DNA of 64,000 nt, taken from NCBI GenBank assembly GCA_934757855.1, contig CAKVLR010000003.1:22373-86372 (forward strand), written 5' to 3'. The position numbers and the translations under genes were made by a program. Positions 56,266 through 64,000 of the stretch are shown here, piece after piece (position 1 is the stretch's first letter; each line of letters begins with the position of its first letter). The notes beneath the pieces are model-generated. The model made no database searches and was not told the DNA's origin. It worked only from the letters and a program-made list of their open reading frames with translations. The stretch is from an uncultured Clostridia bacterium (GTDB lineage: Bacteria > Bacillota > Clostridia > Christensenellales > UBA1242).

Positions 56266-57684
56266 CTATTTAATCAATTCTTTTACGATGTCGGCAACCA
56301 TTTTAGGGTTTGCCTTACCTTGTGTAGCACGCATTGCTTGCCCAACAAAGAAAGCCATCGTTTTTTCGTTGCCCTCGCTCAATTCTTTCACTGCTTTTGG
56401 GTTGGCATCAACGATTTTTTGCAATACCTCTTTCAATGCGCCAGTGTCGTTCATCTGCTTTAAACCTAATTTCTCCACCAACTGCTTAGGGTCGGCATCT
56501 TGCTCCCAAATAATATCAAAAATCTTTCTTGCGCCCGCTTGGTTAATCTCGCCTTGCTTGTACATTTGTAGCATTTTGGCAAGGTTTGTGGCACTCACTT
56601 TTATCACTTTTTCTTCATCTTCGGTTGCATTTAATTTCTTAAACACCTCAGCCGTAATCCAGTTGCAAACAAATTTAGGTTCGTTAAATTCTTTTAACAC
56701 ATCTTCAAAGAAATCCGCAAAACTGCGCTCTTGTGTCAAAAGTTCCGCATCTTGCTCGGTCAAACCTAATTTGCTGTAAATTTCCTTGCGTTCGTGCGCA
56801 AGTTTAGGAAGTTTGCCTCTAATGCGCTCGATATACTCTGGTGAAACCTCCAAAGGTATGAGGTCTGGGTCTGGGAAATAACGATAATCTTGACTATCTT
56901 CTTTTGAACGCATTGAGTATGTCTTACCCTTTTCATCGTCCCAACGCCTAGTTTCTTGTACAATTTTTCTGCCCGCTTCCAATTCCTCAATTTGTCTATT
57001 TGACTCATATCTAATTGCGTGTAAAACTGCTCTAAATGAATTGAGGTTTTTGAGTTCGGTACGAGTACCCAAAGGCTCGCCCTCTTTGTTAACTGAAATA
57101 TTTACATCAAAACGAATGCTGCCTTCTTGCATTTTGCAGTCACTAACACCAACATAAAGCAAAGTGCTACGCAATTTTTGCAAGTACGCAACTGCTTCTT
57201 CTGCACTATTCATATCAGGTTCAGAAACTATTTCAATCAAAGGCACACCCCCACGATTGTAATCAACCATTGTGCCTGCATTATCGTGAATTAACTTTCC
57301 AGCATCTTCTTCAAGGTGAATACGATTTAGGCGGATAAATTTCTTTTTACCATCAACTTCAATCTCCAATCCGCCCCCGAGGCAAAGTGGATACTCTAAT
57401 TGAGAAATTTGGTACGCCTTACACAAGTCTGGGTAAAAATAGTTCTTTCTCTCAAAAACTGAATAGTTGTTAATCTTGCACCCAACAGCCAACCCCATAA
57501 GTATCGCCTTTTCCACAGCATCTCTATTTAATACTGGCAAAGCCCCTGGCATAGCAGTACACACAGGACAACAATTTGTATTAGGCTTATCACCAAATTC
57601 ATTTTTACAAGCACAGAAGCACTTTGTGTTTGTGTTTAACTCGCTATGTACCTCTAGCCCTATTACTGTTTTGTATTCGCTCAT
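56266..57684 (-). CDS. gatB: Asp-tRNA(Asn)/Glu-tRNA(Gln) amidotransferase subunit B
   Basis: 472 aa with a typical GatB N-terminus (YKTVIGLEVHSELNTNTKCFC). The start overlaps the gatA stop (TAATG). Confidence 0.96.
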   Translation of the reverse strand: MSEYKTVIGLEVHSELNTNTKCFCACKNEFGDKPNTNCCPVCTAMPGALPVLNRDAVEKAILMGLAVGCKINNYSVFERKNYFYPDLCKAYQISQLEYPLCLGGGLEIEVDGKKKFIRLNRIHLEEDAGKLIHDNAGTMVDYNRGGVPLIEIVSEPDMNSAEEAVAYLQKLRSTLLYVGVSDCKMQEGSIRFDVNISVNKEGEPLGTRTELKNLNSFRAVLHAIRYESNRQIEELEAGRKIVQETRRWDDEKGKTYSMRSKEDSQDYRYFPDPDLIPLEVSPEYIERIRGKLPKLAHERKEIYSKLGLTEQDAELLTQERSFADFFEDVLKEFNEPKFVCNWITAEVFKKLNATEDEEKVIKVSATNLAKMLQMYKQGEINQAGARKIFDIIWEQDADPKQLVEKLGLKQMNDTGALKEVLQKIVDANPKAVKELSEGNEKTMAFFVGQAMRATQGKANPKMVADIVKELIK

Positions 57685-59126
57685 TATTTCATCTCCTTAT
57701 GTGCTTGTTCAAAGGCGTTTGCCACTCTATAAATAGTTTGTTCATCAAAATGCTTACCTATAATTTGCATACCAATAGGCAAACCTTCTTGCGTCTTTCC
57801 GCAAGGCATACTCAATGCTGGCACACCTGCAATATTAATTGGCACAGTGAATATATCTGTTAAATACATTGCTAAATGGTCATTTGACTTTTCACCCAAC
57901 TTAAATGCTGGGGTTGCTGTTGTTGGACTAATCAATACATTACATTGACTAAGCGCATTTGCAAACTCGTTTCGTATCACTTTTTGCACGCGTTTTGCCT
58001 TACGATAGAACGCATCATAATACCCACTGCTCAACACATAGTTACCTAGCATTATACGGCGCTTTACCTCTTTACCAAAACCTTGCGTACGAGATTTAAA
58101 GTATAAATCAACCACATCGGTGTAATTTTCTGCACGCTTGCCATATTTTACTCCATCAAAGCGTGCAAGGTTACTTGCTGCTTCAGCGGAAGAAATAATA
58201 TAGTAAACCGCAAGTGCTGTATCAAGACTAGGTAAATCTACCTCAACAAGTTCTGTGCCTTGTGACTTGTACCACTCCAAAGCACTATTTAAAGCATTCC
58301 TCACTTCATTGCTCAAATCATTGGTAAAGAATTGCTTGGCGATACCTATTTTCATTCCCTTAATTCCAGCATCAAGTTGTGCGGTAAAATCTGGTACAAT
58401 TTCAGTAGAAGAAGTCATATCCATTTCATCTCTACCAGCAATAACATTCAACATCATTGCGTTGTCGCGCACGGTCCTAGTAAGAGGACCCACTTGGTCC
58501 AAAGAACTAGCAAAAGCGACCACTCCAAAACGCGATACCCTGCCATAAGTAGGTTTTATACCTACCACTCCACAAAAACTACTAGGCTCACGGATTGAAC
58601 CACCAGTATCTGTACCTAAACTTGCAAAACATTGTTTGCTTGCGACAGTTGCAGCGCTACCACCACTACTTCCCCCTGGGACACGGGTTGTATCTACTGG
58701 ATTTTTTACCGCACCAAAAGCAGAATTTTCGTTACTACTACCCATAGCAAACTCGTCCATATTTGCCTTTGCGATTATTATCGCACCAGCATCGTAGAGT
58801 TTTTGCGCAACAGTTGCGTTGTATGGCGAAACAAAATTCTCCAAAAATTTACTAGCGCAAGTTGTTTTTGTGCCCTTAAAATTAATATTATCTTTTAGCA
58901 CAATAGGCACACCTGCAAGCGAGCCTAATTTTTCGCCATTTTGCCTTGCCAAATCAACCTTTTTTGCTTGCTCCATAGCCATATCAAAATAGGTAGAATT
59001 TAAAGCATTTAGGTCACTAGTTTGTGCTATTTTTTCAAAACATAATTTTACCAATTCTTGCGAAGTCACTTTACCTGAATTTAAATATTCAAGCACTTCA
59101 CTCATACTACAATCTAAAAAATCCAT
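57684..59126 (-). CDS. gatA: Asp-tRNA(Asn)/Glu-tRNA(Gln) amidotransferase subunit A
   Basis: Amidase signature GGSSGGSAA. I place the start at ATG 59126 (MDFLDCSMSEV...), 1 nt after the gatC stop. The track's longer ORF (to 59195) runs into gatC. Confidence 0.95.
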   Translation of the reverse strand: MDFLDCSMSEVLEYLNSGKVTSQELVKLCFEKIAQTSDLNALNSTYFDMAMEQAKKVDLARQNGEKLGSLAGVPIVLKDNINFKGTKTTCASKFLENFVSPYNATVAQKLYDAGAIIIAKANMDEFAMGSSNENSAFGAVKNPVDTTRVPGGSSGGSAATVASKQCFASLGTDTGGSIREPSSFCGVVGIKPTYGRVSRFGVVAFASSLDQVGPLTRTVRDNAMMLNVIAGRDEMDMTSSTEIVPDFTAQLDAGIKGMKIGIAKQFFTNDLSNEVRNALNSALEWYKSQGTELVEVDLPSLDTALAVYYIISSAEAASNLARFDGVKYGKRAENYTDVVDLYFKSRTQGFGKEVKRRIMLGNYVLSSGYYDAFYRKAKRVQKVIRNEFANALSQCNVLISPTTATPAFKLGEKSNDHLAMYLTDIFTVPINIAGVPALSMPCGKTQEGLPIGMQIIGKHFDEQTIYRVANAFEQAHKEMK

Positions 59127-59127
59127 T

Positions 59128-59421
59128 CTATTCCTCCGCAACCGTAATAGGCACCAAAAAAGCACCGTCCTGAGATTCTGGAGCATTTGCCACAATCTCG
59201 CTAGTTTCCAAACTAGGTTTTATCACATCAGCACGCAATTCCGTATCAGCGTTAACTGTTTTTTCTAGCAAATCTACGCCTGAAACATCGACCTTGTTTA
59301 TTGCCTCCACTTGCGCAAGTGTTGCACTCAGTTCTTCTACAAATTGTTCAGTTTCTTGCTCGCTAAACTCCAGTCTAGAAAGTTTGGCAAGTTTTTTTAC
59401 ATCATCTATGGTAATATTCAT
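59128..59421 (-). CDS. gatC: Asp-tRNA(Asn)/Glu-tRNA(Gln) amidotransferase subunit C
   Basis: 97 aa with a typical GatC sequence (IDDVKKLAKLSRLEFSEQE...). Confidence 0.93.
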   Translation of the reverse strand: MNITIDDVKKLAKLSRLEFSEQETEQFVEELSATLAQVEAINKVDVSGVDLLEKTVNADTELRADVIKPSLETSEIVANAPESQDGAFLVPITVAEE

Positions 59422-59474
59422 TTATTCCTTCCCTTAATTTAATACTTACAATATATCACGAAAGTGCCTTGCTG

Positions 59475-61433
59475 TCAATTATTTAATATAGACAAAAATT
59501 CATCTTCATCAATGATTTTGATACCCAACAACTTTGCTTTTTCGTATTTGCTACCTGTACTTTCACCAGCCAAAACAAAATCAGTCTGTTTGCTCACCGA
59601 ACTAGCCACATTACCGCCGTTTTCTTCGATTAATTTTGTTGCTTCATTTCTTGTCAAATGCGGTAGTGTCCCCGTCAATACAAAAGTTTTTCCATTAAAT
59701 TTTGCACTTGCTGACACCTTGTTATATTTTATCTTTACACCACTATCAAACAAGTTTTGTATGACCTCTTGATTTTTTGGATATGCGAAATAATCCACTA
59801 TCGACTGCGCAACGATTTCGCCTATATCGCGAATATTACTTAAATCGTGTACATTTGCCTTTGACAAACTCTCAAAATCAGCAAAATGTTTGGCTAGGTC
59901 TTTGGCAGTTTTTTTACCTACATTTGCAATACCTAGTGCAAATATAAAGTTTGCAAAATCTATATTTTTACTCTTTTCTAGACTTGCAAGTAAGTTGTTA
60001 ATTTTTTTATCTTTGTACTTTTCTAGCCCTTCCAAATCTTCCGCTTTCAATTTGTACAAATCATCGACCGTACGCACGCCTAATTTATCGTAAAACAAAT
60101 CAATCGACTTGTCGCGCACACCCTCAATATTCATTGCATCACGAGAACAGAAGTGAATTATTCTTTCTTTTAATTGACCTGCGCAATTATCTTTGTTTGG
60201 ACAAAACAAATTTACGCCATTGTTTACAAGTTCCGCTCCACAACTAGGACAAAACTTGATTTTTTCGATAGGCTTTGAATCTGGAAAATCTTGCGCAAGC
60301 CCCAGTATTTCTGGTATTACTTCGTTACTTCTACGCAAAAATACTAGACTGTTTATCTTGACTTTTTTACGCAAAATATCGTCCCAGTTGTTGAGTGTAG
60401 CACGCGAAATAGTAGCGCCCGCAATATCTACGGGGTCAAGTTTTGCTAAGGGGGTCATCTTGCCCGTTCTGCCTACTTGCCAAATTACATCGCGAATATA
60501 AGTAGTCACCTCTAACGCCTCAAATTTGTATGCAATCGCCCACTTAGGAAAACGAATTGTAAAGCCCAATTCTTCACGCGTGCGCATATTGTTTATCTTG
60601 ATAACCACTCCGTCAATTAGCACATCAATGATTTCGCGTTTTTTGTCAATTTCGTTGATAACTTCCATAATCTCATCGGTAGTTTTTCTTACTTCGTAAA
60701 AGTCGCCTACCAAAAATCTATTATCAATCAAAAATTGTCGCAATTCGGTTTGTGTGCTAAATTTTTTGCCTTTAATCACTGGTATCCCGTAGGCAAAAAA
60801 GTCAAGATTTCTACTTGCAGTTACTTTTGGGTCAAGGTTTCTAATAGCGCCAGCCACCGCATTTCTTGCGTTTTTCAGTGGTCCATCAGTTGTCTTGTTG
60901 TAAGCGTTTAGTTCGCTTAGGAGCATAATTCCTTCGCCCTCGACCACGATATGTTCTTTAAAAGGAATAGAAAGTGGCACACTGCGAATAGTCTTTACTT
61001 GCGCGGTTACATCTTCACCGATAAGCCCATTACCACGCGTTGCCCCTTGCACTAAAATACCATTTTCATAGGTGAGTGCCAAACGCAAGCCATCAAATTT
61101 GTATTCTAATGTAAATTCAGTATCGGGATAATTTGCCTTTACCTTGGTGACGAAGTCATCGAGTTCGCCACGCGTCTGCGCCTTATCAAGGCTGTAAAGT
61201 TGCGCTTCGTGTGTATGCTTTTCAAACTTTTCACTAGTCATATCGCCTACCCTTTGAGTAGGGCTATCAGGCAAAATATAACCAGTTTCCTTTTCTAAAT
61301 CTACAAGCGTATAATACAACTTGTCATAATCTTTATCGGCAATTATAGGCGAATCTAGCACATGATAATAATAGTTGTACTTGTTTAGGTCAGCGACTAA
61401 CTGTTCTATTCTTTCCTTAACTTTTTGTTCCAT
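59475..61433 (-). CDS. ligA: NAD-dependent DNA ligase
   Basis: 652 aa with adenylation motif EYKFDG, a Zn finger CPSCGAELV...CPN..C, HhH repeats and a C-terminal BRCT domain. Confidence 0.97.
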   Translation of the reverse strand: MEQKVKERIEQLVADLNKYNYYYHVLDSPIIADKDYDKLYYTLVDLEKETGYILPDSPTQRVGDMTSEKFEKHTHEAQLYSLDKAQTRGELDDFVTKVKANYPDTEFTLEYKFDGLRLALTYENGILVQGATRGNGLIGEDVTAQVKTIRSVPLSIPFKEHIVVEGEGIMLLSELNAYNKTTDGPLKNARNAVAGAIRNLDPKVTASRNLDFFAYGIPVIKGKKFSTQTELRQFLIDNRFLVGDFYEVRKTTDEIMEVINEIDKKREIIDVLIDGVVIKINNMRTREELGFTIRFPKWAIAYKFEALEVTTYIRDVIWQVGRTGKMTPLAKLDPVDIAGATISRATLNNWDDILRKKVKINSLVFLRRSNEVIPEILGLAQDFPDSKPIEKIKFCPSCGAELVNNGVNLFCPNKDNCAGQLKERIIHFCSRDAMNIEGVRDKSIDLFYDKLGVRTVDDLYKLKAEDLEGLEKYKDKKINNLLASLEKSKNIDFANFIFALGIANVGKKTAKDLAKHFADFESLSKANVHDLSNIRDIGEIVAQSIVDYFAYPKNQEVIQNLFDSGVKIKYNKVSASAKFNGKTFVLTGTLPHLTRNEATKLIEENGGNVASSVSKQTDFVLAGESTGSKYEKAKLLGIKIIDEDEFLSILNN

Positions 61434-61435
61434 TT

Positions 61436-63631
61436 TTATTTCCTTTTAAGAATTTGCAAAGGTGCATAATCTACGCTCAAAGTCTTGCTACCGATATTTC
61501 CAAAATCAATAGTAATCATTCGATTTGATGAAAGCATACTATCGTTTGTAATCACGCCTAATCCAAACTTAGGGTGCAAAACTTGCGTCCCTTTTGTAAA
61601 TTGAGAATAGTCCTTTTTCTGCTCTTTTACACGATTGTTTAGCAAAGTATTTATACTTGCGGTTGTCTTAGGTTTTGGCGCATAACTGCTACTAATATTA
61701 CTTGTAAATACAGGTTTTGTATTTTGTGGTTTTACATCAGCAAAGCCCATTTCTTTTAAAAATCTACTAGGGTCTTGATACTTCACTTCATTGTACATAT
61801 ATCTACGCTTGCTTCGAGTTAAATACAAATCTTCGCGCGCACGCGTTAAGGCAACATAGCAAAGTCTGCGTTCTTCCTCAATATCACTAGGGCGCTCGCC
61901 ACCTCGATTGATAGGAAAAATTCCTTCTTCAAGCGCGGTCACAAATACAACTCTAAATTCTAGCCCTTTTACCGCGTGTACGGTCGAAATCAAGATATTG
62001 TCATCGTTTTCATCGACTGAGTCAATATCGCTCACAAGCGTAATAGACTCCAAATATTCAGCCAAAGTGCAGTTTGGGTTGTTTTGCTCAAATTCCTTTA
62101 CGGAATTAACAAACTCAGCGATGTTTTGAAGTTTGTTTACCTCCTCATCACTACCCCCTTCAAAAGCAGTCTTAAACCCAGCACGCTCTACTAAGTATTG
62201 CGCAAATTCGGTAATATTTAAACTATCAGCCTTAGTCTTTAAATCAAGATACAAATCACGGAATAACTGTAACTTTTTGCTTACCGCAGGAGTAAAGGCA
62301 TACTTATCCAACTCTAATATAACTTTTAATAAACTACCACCGTTTGCAAATTGTTTCACTTGCTCGACTGTACTATCACCTATACCGCGTTTTGGATAGT
62401 TGATTATTCGCAAAATACTATCATTGTCGCGCGGGTTAACGATTGCTCTAATGTAGCCCACTACGCCTTTGATTTCCACACGCTCAAAGAACCTAAAACC
62501 GCCTAGCATCTTGTATGGCAAGTTGTAGTTTAGCAAATATTCTTCAAATAAACGCGAAGGAGCGTTTAGCCTCATAAGAATTGCAAAATCAGAGTAAGCA
62601 TAATCGCCGTTCCTTACTAAATCGCGAATAGTTTTTGCTACATAATCAGCCTCATCTCTGTCACTTTCGCCCACAAAACAGTTGACATTTTTACCTTGCT
62701 CATTTTCAGTCCAAAGTGTCTTTTTTAACCTCTGCGAATTATTATCAATCACTCTGTTTGCTACTTGCAAAATATTTTTGGTAGAACGGTAATTTTGCTC
62801 CAACTTAAATATTTTTGCATCTTTGAAATCTTGCTTGAAATTGATAATATTGCCGATATTTGCACCACGCCAACCATATATACACTGGTCCTCATCACCA
62901 ACAACTAAAATATTGCCCCACTTGCCCGCAAGTATTCGTACAATCTCATATTGAATTGTGTTTGTGTCTTGAAATTCATCTACATGAATGTACCTAAATT
63001 TATCTTGGTAATACTCGCGAACTTCTTGATTTTCGCGCAACAATTTATATGTAAACACCAACAAGTCATCAAAGTCTAACGCATTGTTTTGTCTAAGCAT
63101 TTTTTGGTACAAGTTATATGCATTTTTTACTTTTTCGCCATCGACAAAACCCTGAATATTTGCGGTATAGTCATCAACATCTGCATTGTTATTTTTGATA
63201 TTTGAGATATGGTAATCAATGCTCTTTTTTACCTCATCATCTTCAATGTTTAACTGCTTGTAAACTTCCTTTAAGAGCCTATTTTTCTCCATATCGGCAT
63301 AAATAGTAAAGTTTGTCGTAAAACCAGAAAATTTATCAATAAACCTACGCAAAATCAATACGCAAAGCCTATGAAAAGTGCTTACCCACACTTGGTCCCC
63401 GCAATCTACCATTTTTGCGATACGCTCTTTCATCTCGTTTGAAGCCTTGTTTGTAAAAGTAATTGCTAAAATATTGTATGGCGAAACGCCTTTTTCCAAA
63501 ATTAGATAAGCAATTCTATGAGTAAGCAACCTAGTCTTACCACTACCAGCACCCGCCGTTACAAGCACCGCACCCTCGCTTTGTAGCACTGGCAAACGCT
63601 GTTCTTCATTCAAATTATCTACTATACTCAT
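61436..63631 (-). CDS. pcrA: ATP-dependent DNA helicase PcrA (UvrD family)
   Basis: AGAGSGKTRLLTHRIAYL, VDEFQDTN and the other SF1 motifs. I place the start at ATG 63631 (MSIVDNLNEEQ...) after AAAGGGGAAA. The track's 29-codon N-terminal extension crosses a terminator. Confidence 0.95.
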   Translation of the reverse strand: MSIVDNLNEEQRLPVLQSEGAVLVTAGAGSGKTRLLTHRIAYLILEKGVSPYNILAITFTNKASNEMKERIAKMVDCGDQVWVSTFHRLCVLILRRFIDKFSGFTTNFTIYADMEKNRLLKEVYKQLNIEDDEVKKSIDYHISNIKNNNADVDDYTANIQGFVDGEKVKNAYNLYQKMLRQNNALDFDDLLVFTYKLLRENQEVREYYQDKFRYIHVDEFQDTNTIQYEIVRILAGKWGNILVVGDEDQCIYGWRGANIGNIINFKQDFKDAKIFKLEQNYRSTKNILQVANRVIDNNSQRLKKTLWTENEQGKNVNCFVGESDRDEADYVAKTIRDLVRNGDYAYSDFAILMRLNAPSRLFEEYLLNYNLPYKMLGGFRFFERVEIKGVVGYIRAIVNPRDNDSILRIINYPKRGIGDSTVEQVKQFANGGSLLKVILELDKYAFTPAVSKKLQLFRDLYLDLKTKADSLNITEFAQYLVERAGFKTAFEGGSDEEVNKLQNIAEFVNSVKEFEQNNPNCTLAEYLESITLVSDIDSVDENDDNILISTVHAVKGLEFRVVFVTALEEGIFPINRGGERPSDIEEERRLCYVALTRAREDLYLTRSKRRYMYNEVKYQDPSRFLKEMGFADVKPQNTKPVFTSNISSSYAPKPKTTASINTLLNNRVKEQKKDYSQFTKGTQVLHPKFGLGVITNDSMLSSNRMITIDFGNIGSKTLSVDYAPLQILKRK

Positions 63632-63662
63632 AAACTTTCCCCTTTTGTACCTATATTGTAAC

Positions 63663-63697
63663 AAAAAAAGCCCATTTTGGCAACCAAATCGGGCTTT
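63663..63697 (-). terminator. terminator upstream of pcrA
   Basis: AAAGCCC (63667-63673) pairs with GGGCTTT (63691-63697), with inner TTTGG/CCAAA pairing. On the minus strand it is followed by T7. Confidence 0.65.
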
Positions 63698-63702
63698 ATT
63701 TA

Positions 63703-64000
63703 TTAGATAGAATGACACATTTTCATTTGTCGTTCGCGTTCGTATCTTTCGCGCATTTCGTTATATTTGTCCGTTAATTTTATTATGTAATTTTGGCGCG
63801 CCTCAATGTCCATATTGTCGTATTCTTTGTGGTCGATTAATTGGCTGATAGGATTAAAAGCAAATGCATTTTGATTTAACATTTTGCACACCTTTCTATA
63901 AAGTTCGTTATCTTTCTCATTTTGTGCATCACAATAAATATCACGCATCAAACGCCTAGCATACAAATCTTTTATCTTTTGTTCGCTCTCGTTTGAGTTG
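63703..64000 (-). CDS. hypothetical protein (probably partial; frame stays open to the window end)
   Basis: The track gives 63703-63966 from a TTG. The same frame has no stop up to base 64000 (...NSNESEQKIKDLYARRLMRDIY...), so the real start may lie outside the window. It is a charged helical protein with no motif I recognise. Confidence 0.5.
   Translation of the reverse strand, partial: NSNESEQKIKDLYARRLMRDIYCDAQNEKDNELYRKVCKMLNQNAFAFNPISQLIDHKEYDNMDIEARQNYIIKLTDKYNEMRERYERERQMKMCHSI

Noticed and set aside
59127-59195. N-terminal extensions of track ORFs (gatA to 59195, pcrA to 63718, HD gene to 47071, sigK to 21937, aldehyde dehydrogenase from 47461)
   Set aside because: The extensions run through upstream genes, promoters, terminators or the gene's own RBS. 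Homologue alignment and SD spacing support the internal starts given in the features.
1-64000. tRNA, rRNA, tmRNA, RNase P, transposase, integrase and phage genes
   Set aside because: I scanned intergenic regions and ORF translations by eye and found no T-loop/GGTTCGA-type tRNA signatures, rRNA-like segments, or DDE, tyrosine- or serine-recombinase motifs.

Overview
AT-rich chromosomal segment from a low-GC Firmicute that appears to form endospores. The evidence for that is an uninterrupted sigK, a 26-codon spoVM-like micro-ORF, a Bacillus-type long SRP RNA, and a CIRCE-controlled hrcA-grpE-dnaK-dnaJ operon. I count about 50 protein genes, almost all on the minus strand. The housekeeping blocks follow Bacillus-like synteny: dprA-comM; rpsU; (HEPN-like/CBS)-ileS; ffs; hit-mtaB-rsmE; dnaJ-dnaK-grpE-hrcA; sigK; uvrB-uvrA; rpiB; an aldehyde dehydrogenase; DAK2(YloV)-Asp23(YloU) / rpmB / spoVM / rpe-rsgA; priA-rpoZ; gatCAB; ligA-pcrA. 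Interleaved with these are five very large envelope proteins of 665, 1075, 1105, 1510 and 1475 aa, about 17.5 kb or roughly 27% of the window. They are built from DUF6273-like, GLUG-like, InlB-B-repeat-like, Ig-like and CBM-like modules and are anchored by TM helices rather than LPXTG signals. Several small unusual proteins are also present: a 73-aa protein with 12 Cys, a 65-aa highly basic protein, and an 86-aa charged protein behind a perfect consensus promoter. A family of 37-nt hairpin repeats brackets one of the surface-protein genes. I saw no rRNA, tRNA, CRISPR/cas, transposase, integrase, prophage or recognisable defence genes. I cannot point to one cleanly delimited new system. The best candidates for a second look are the ileS operon (HEPN-like/CBS protein, IleRS, catalytically degenerate RluA-like protein, two envelope proteins, no T-box); the giant-protein/PHP/giant-protein operon; the hairpin-repeat family; and the Cys-rich and basic micro-proteins. 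All product calls come from motif recognition by eye. No database search was run.
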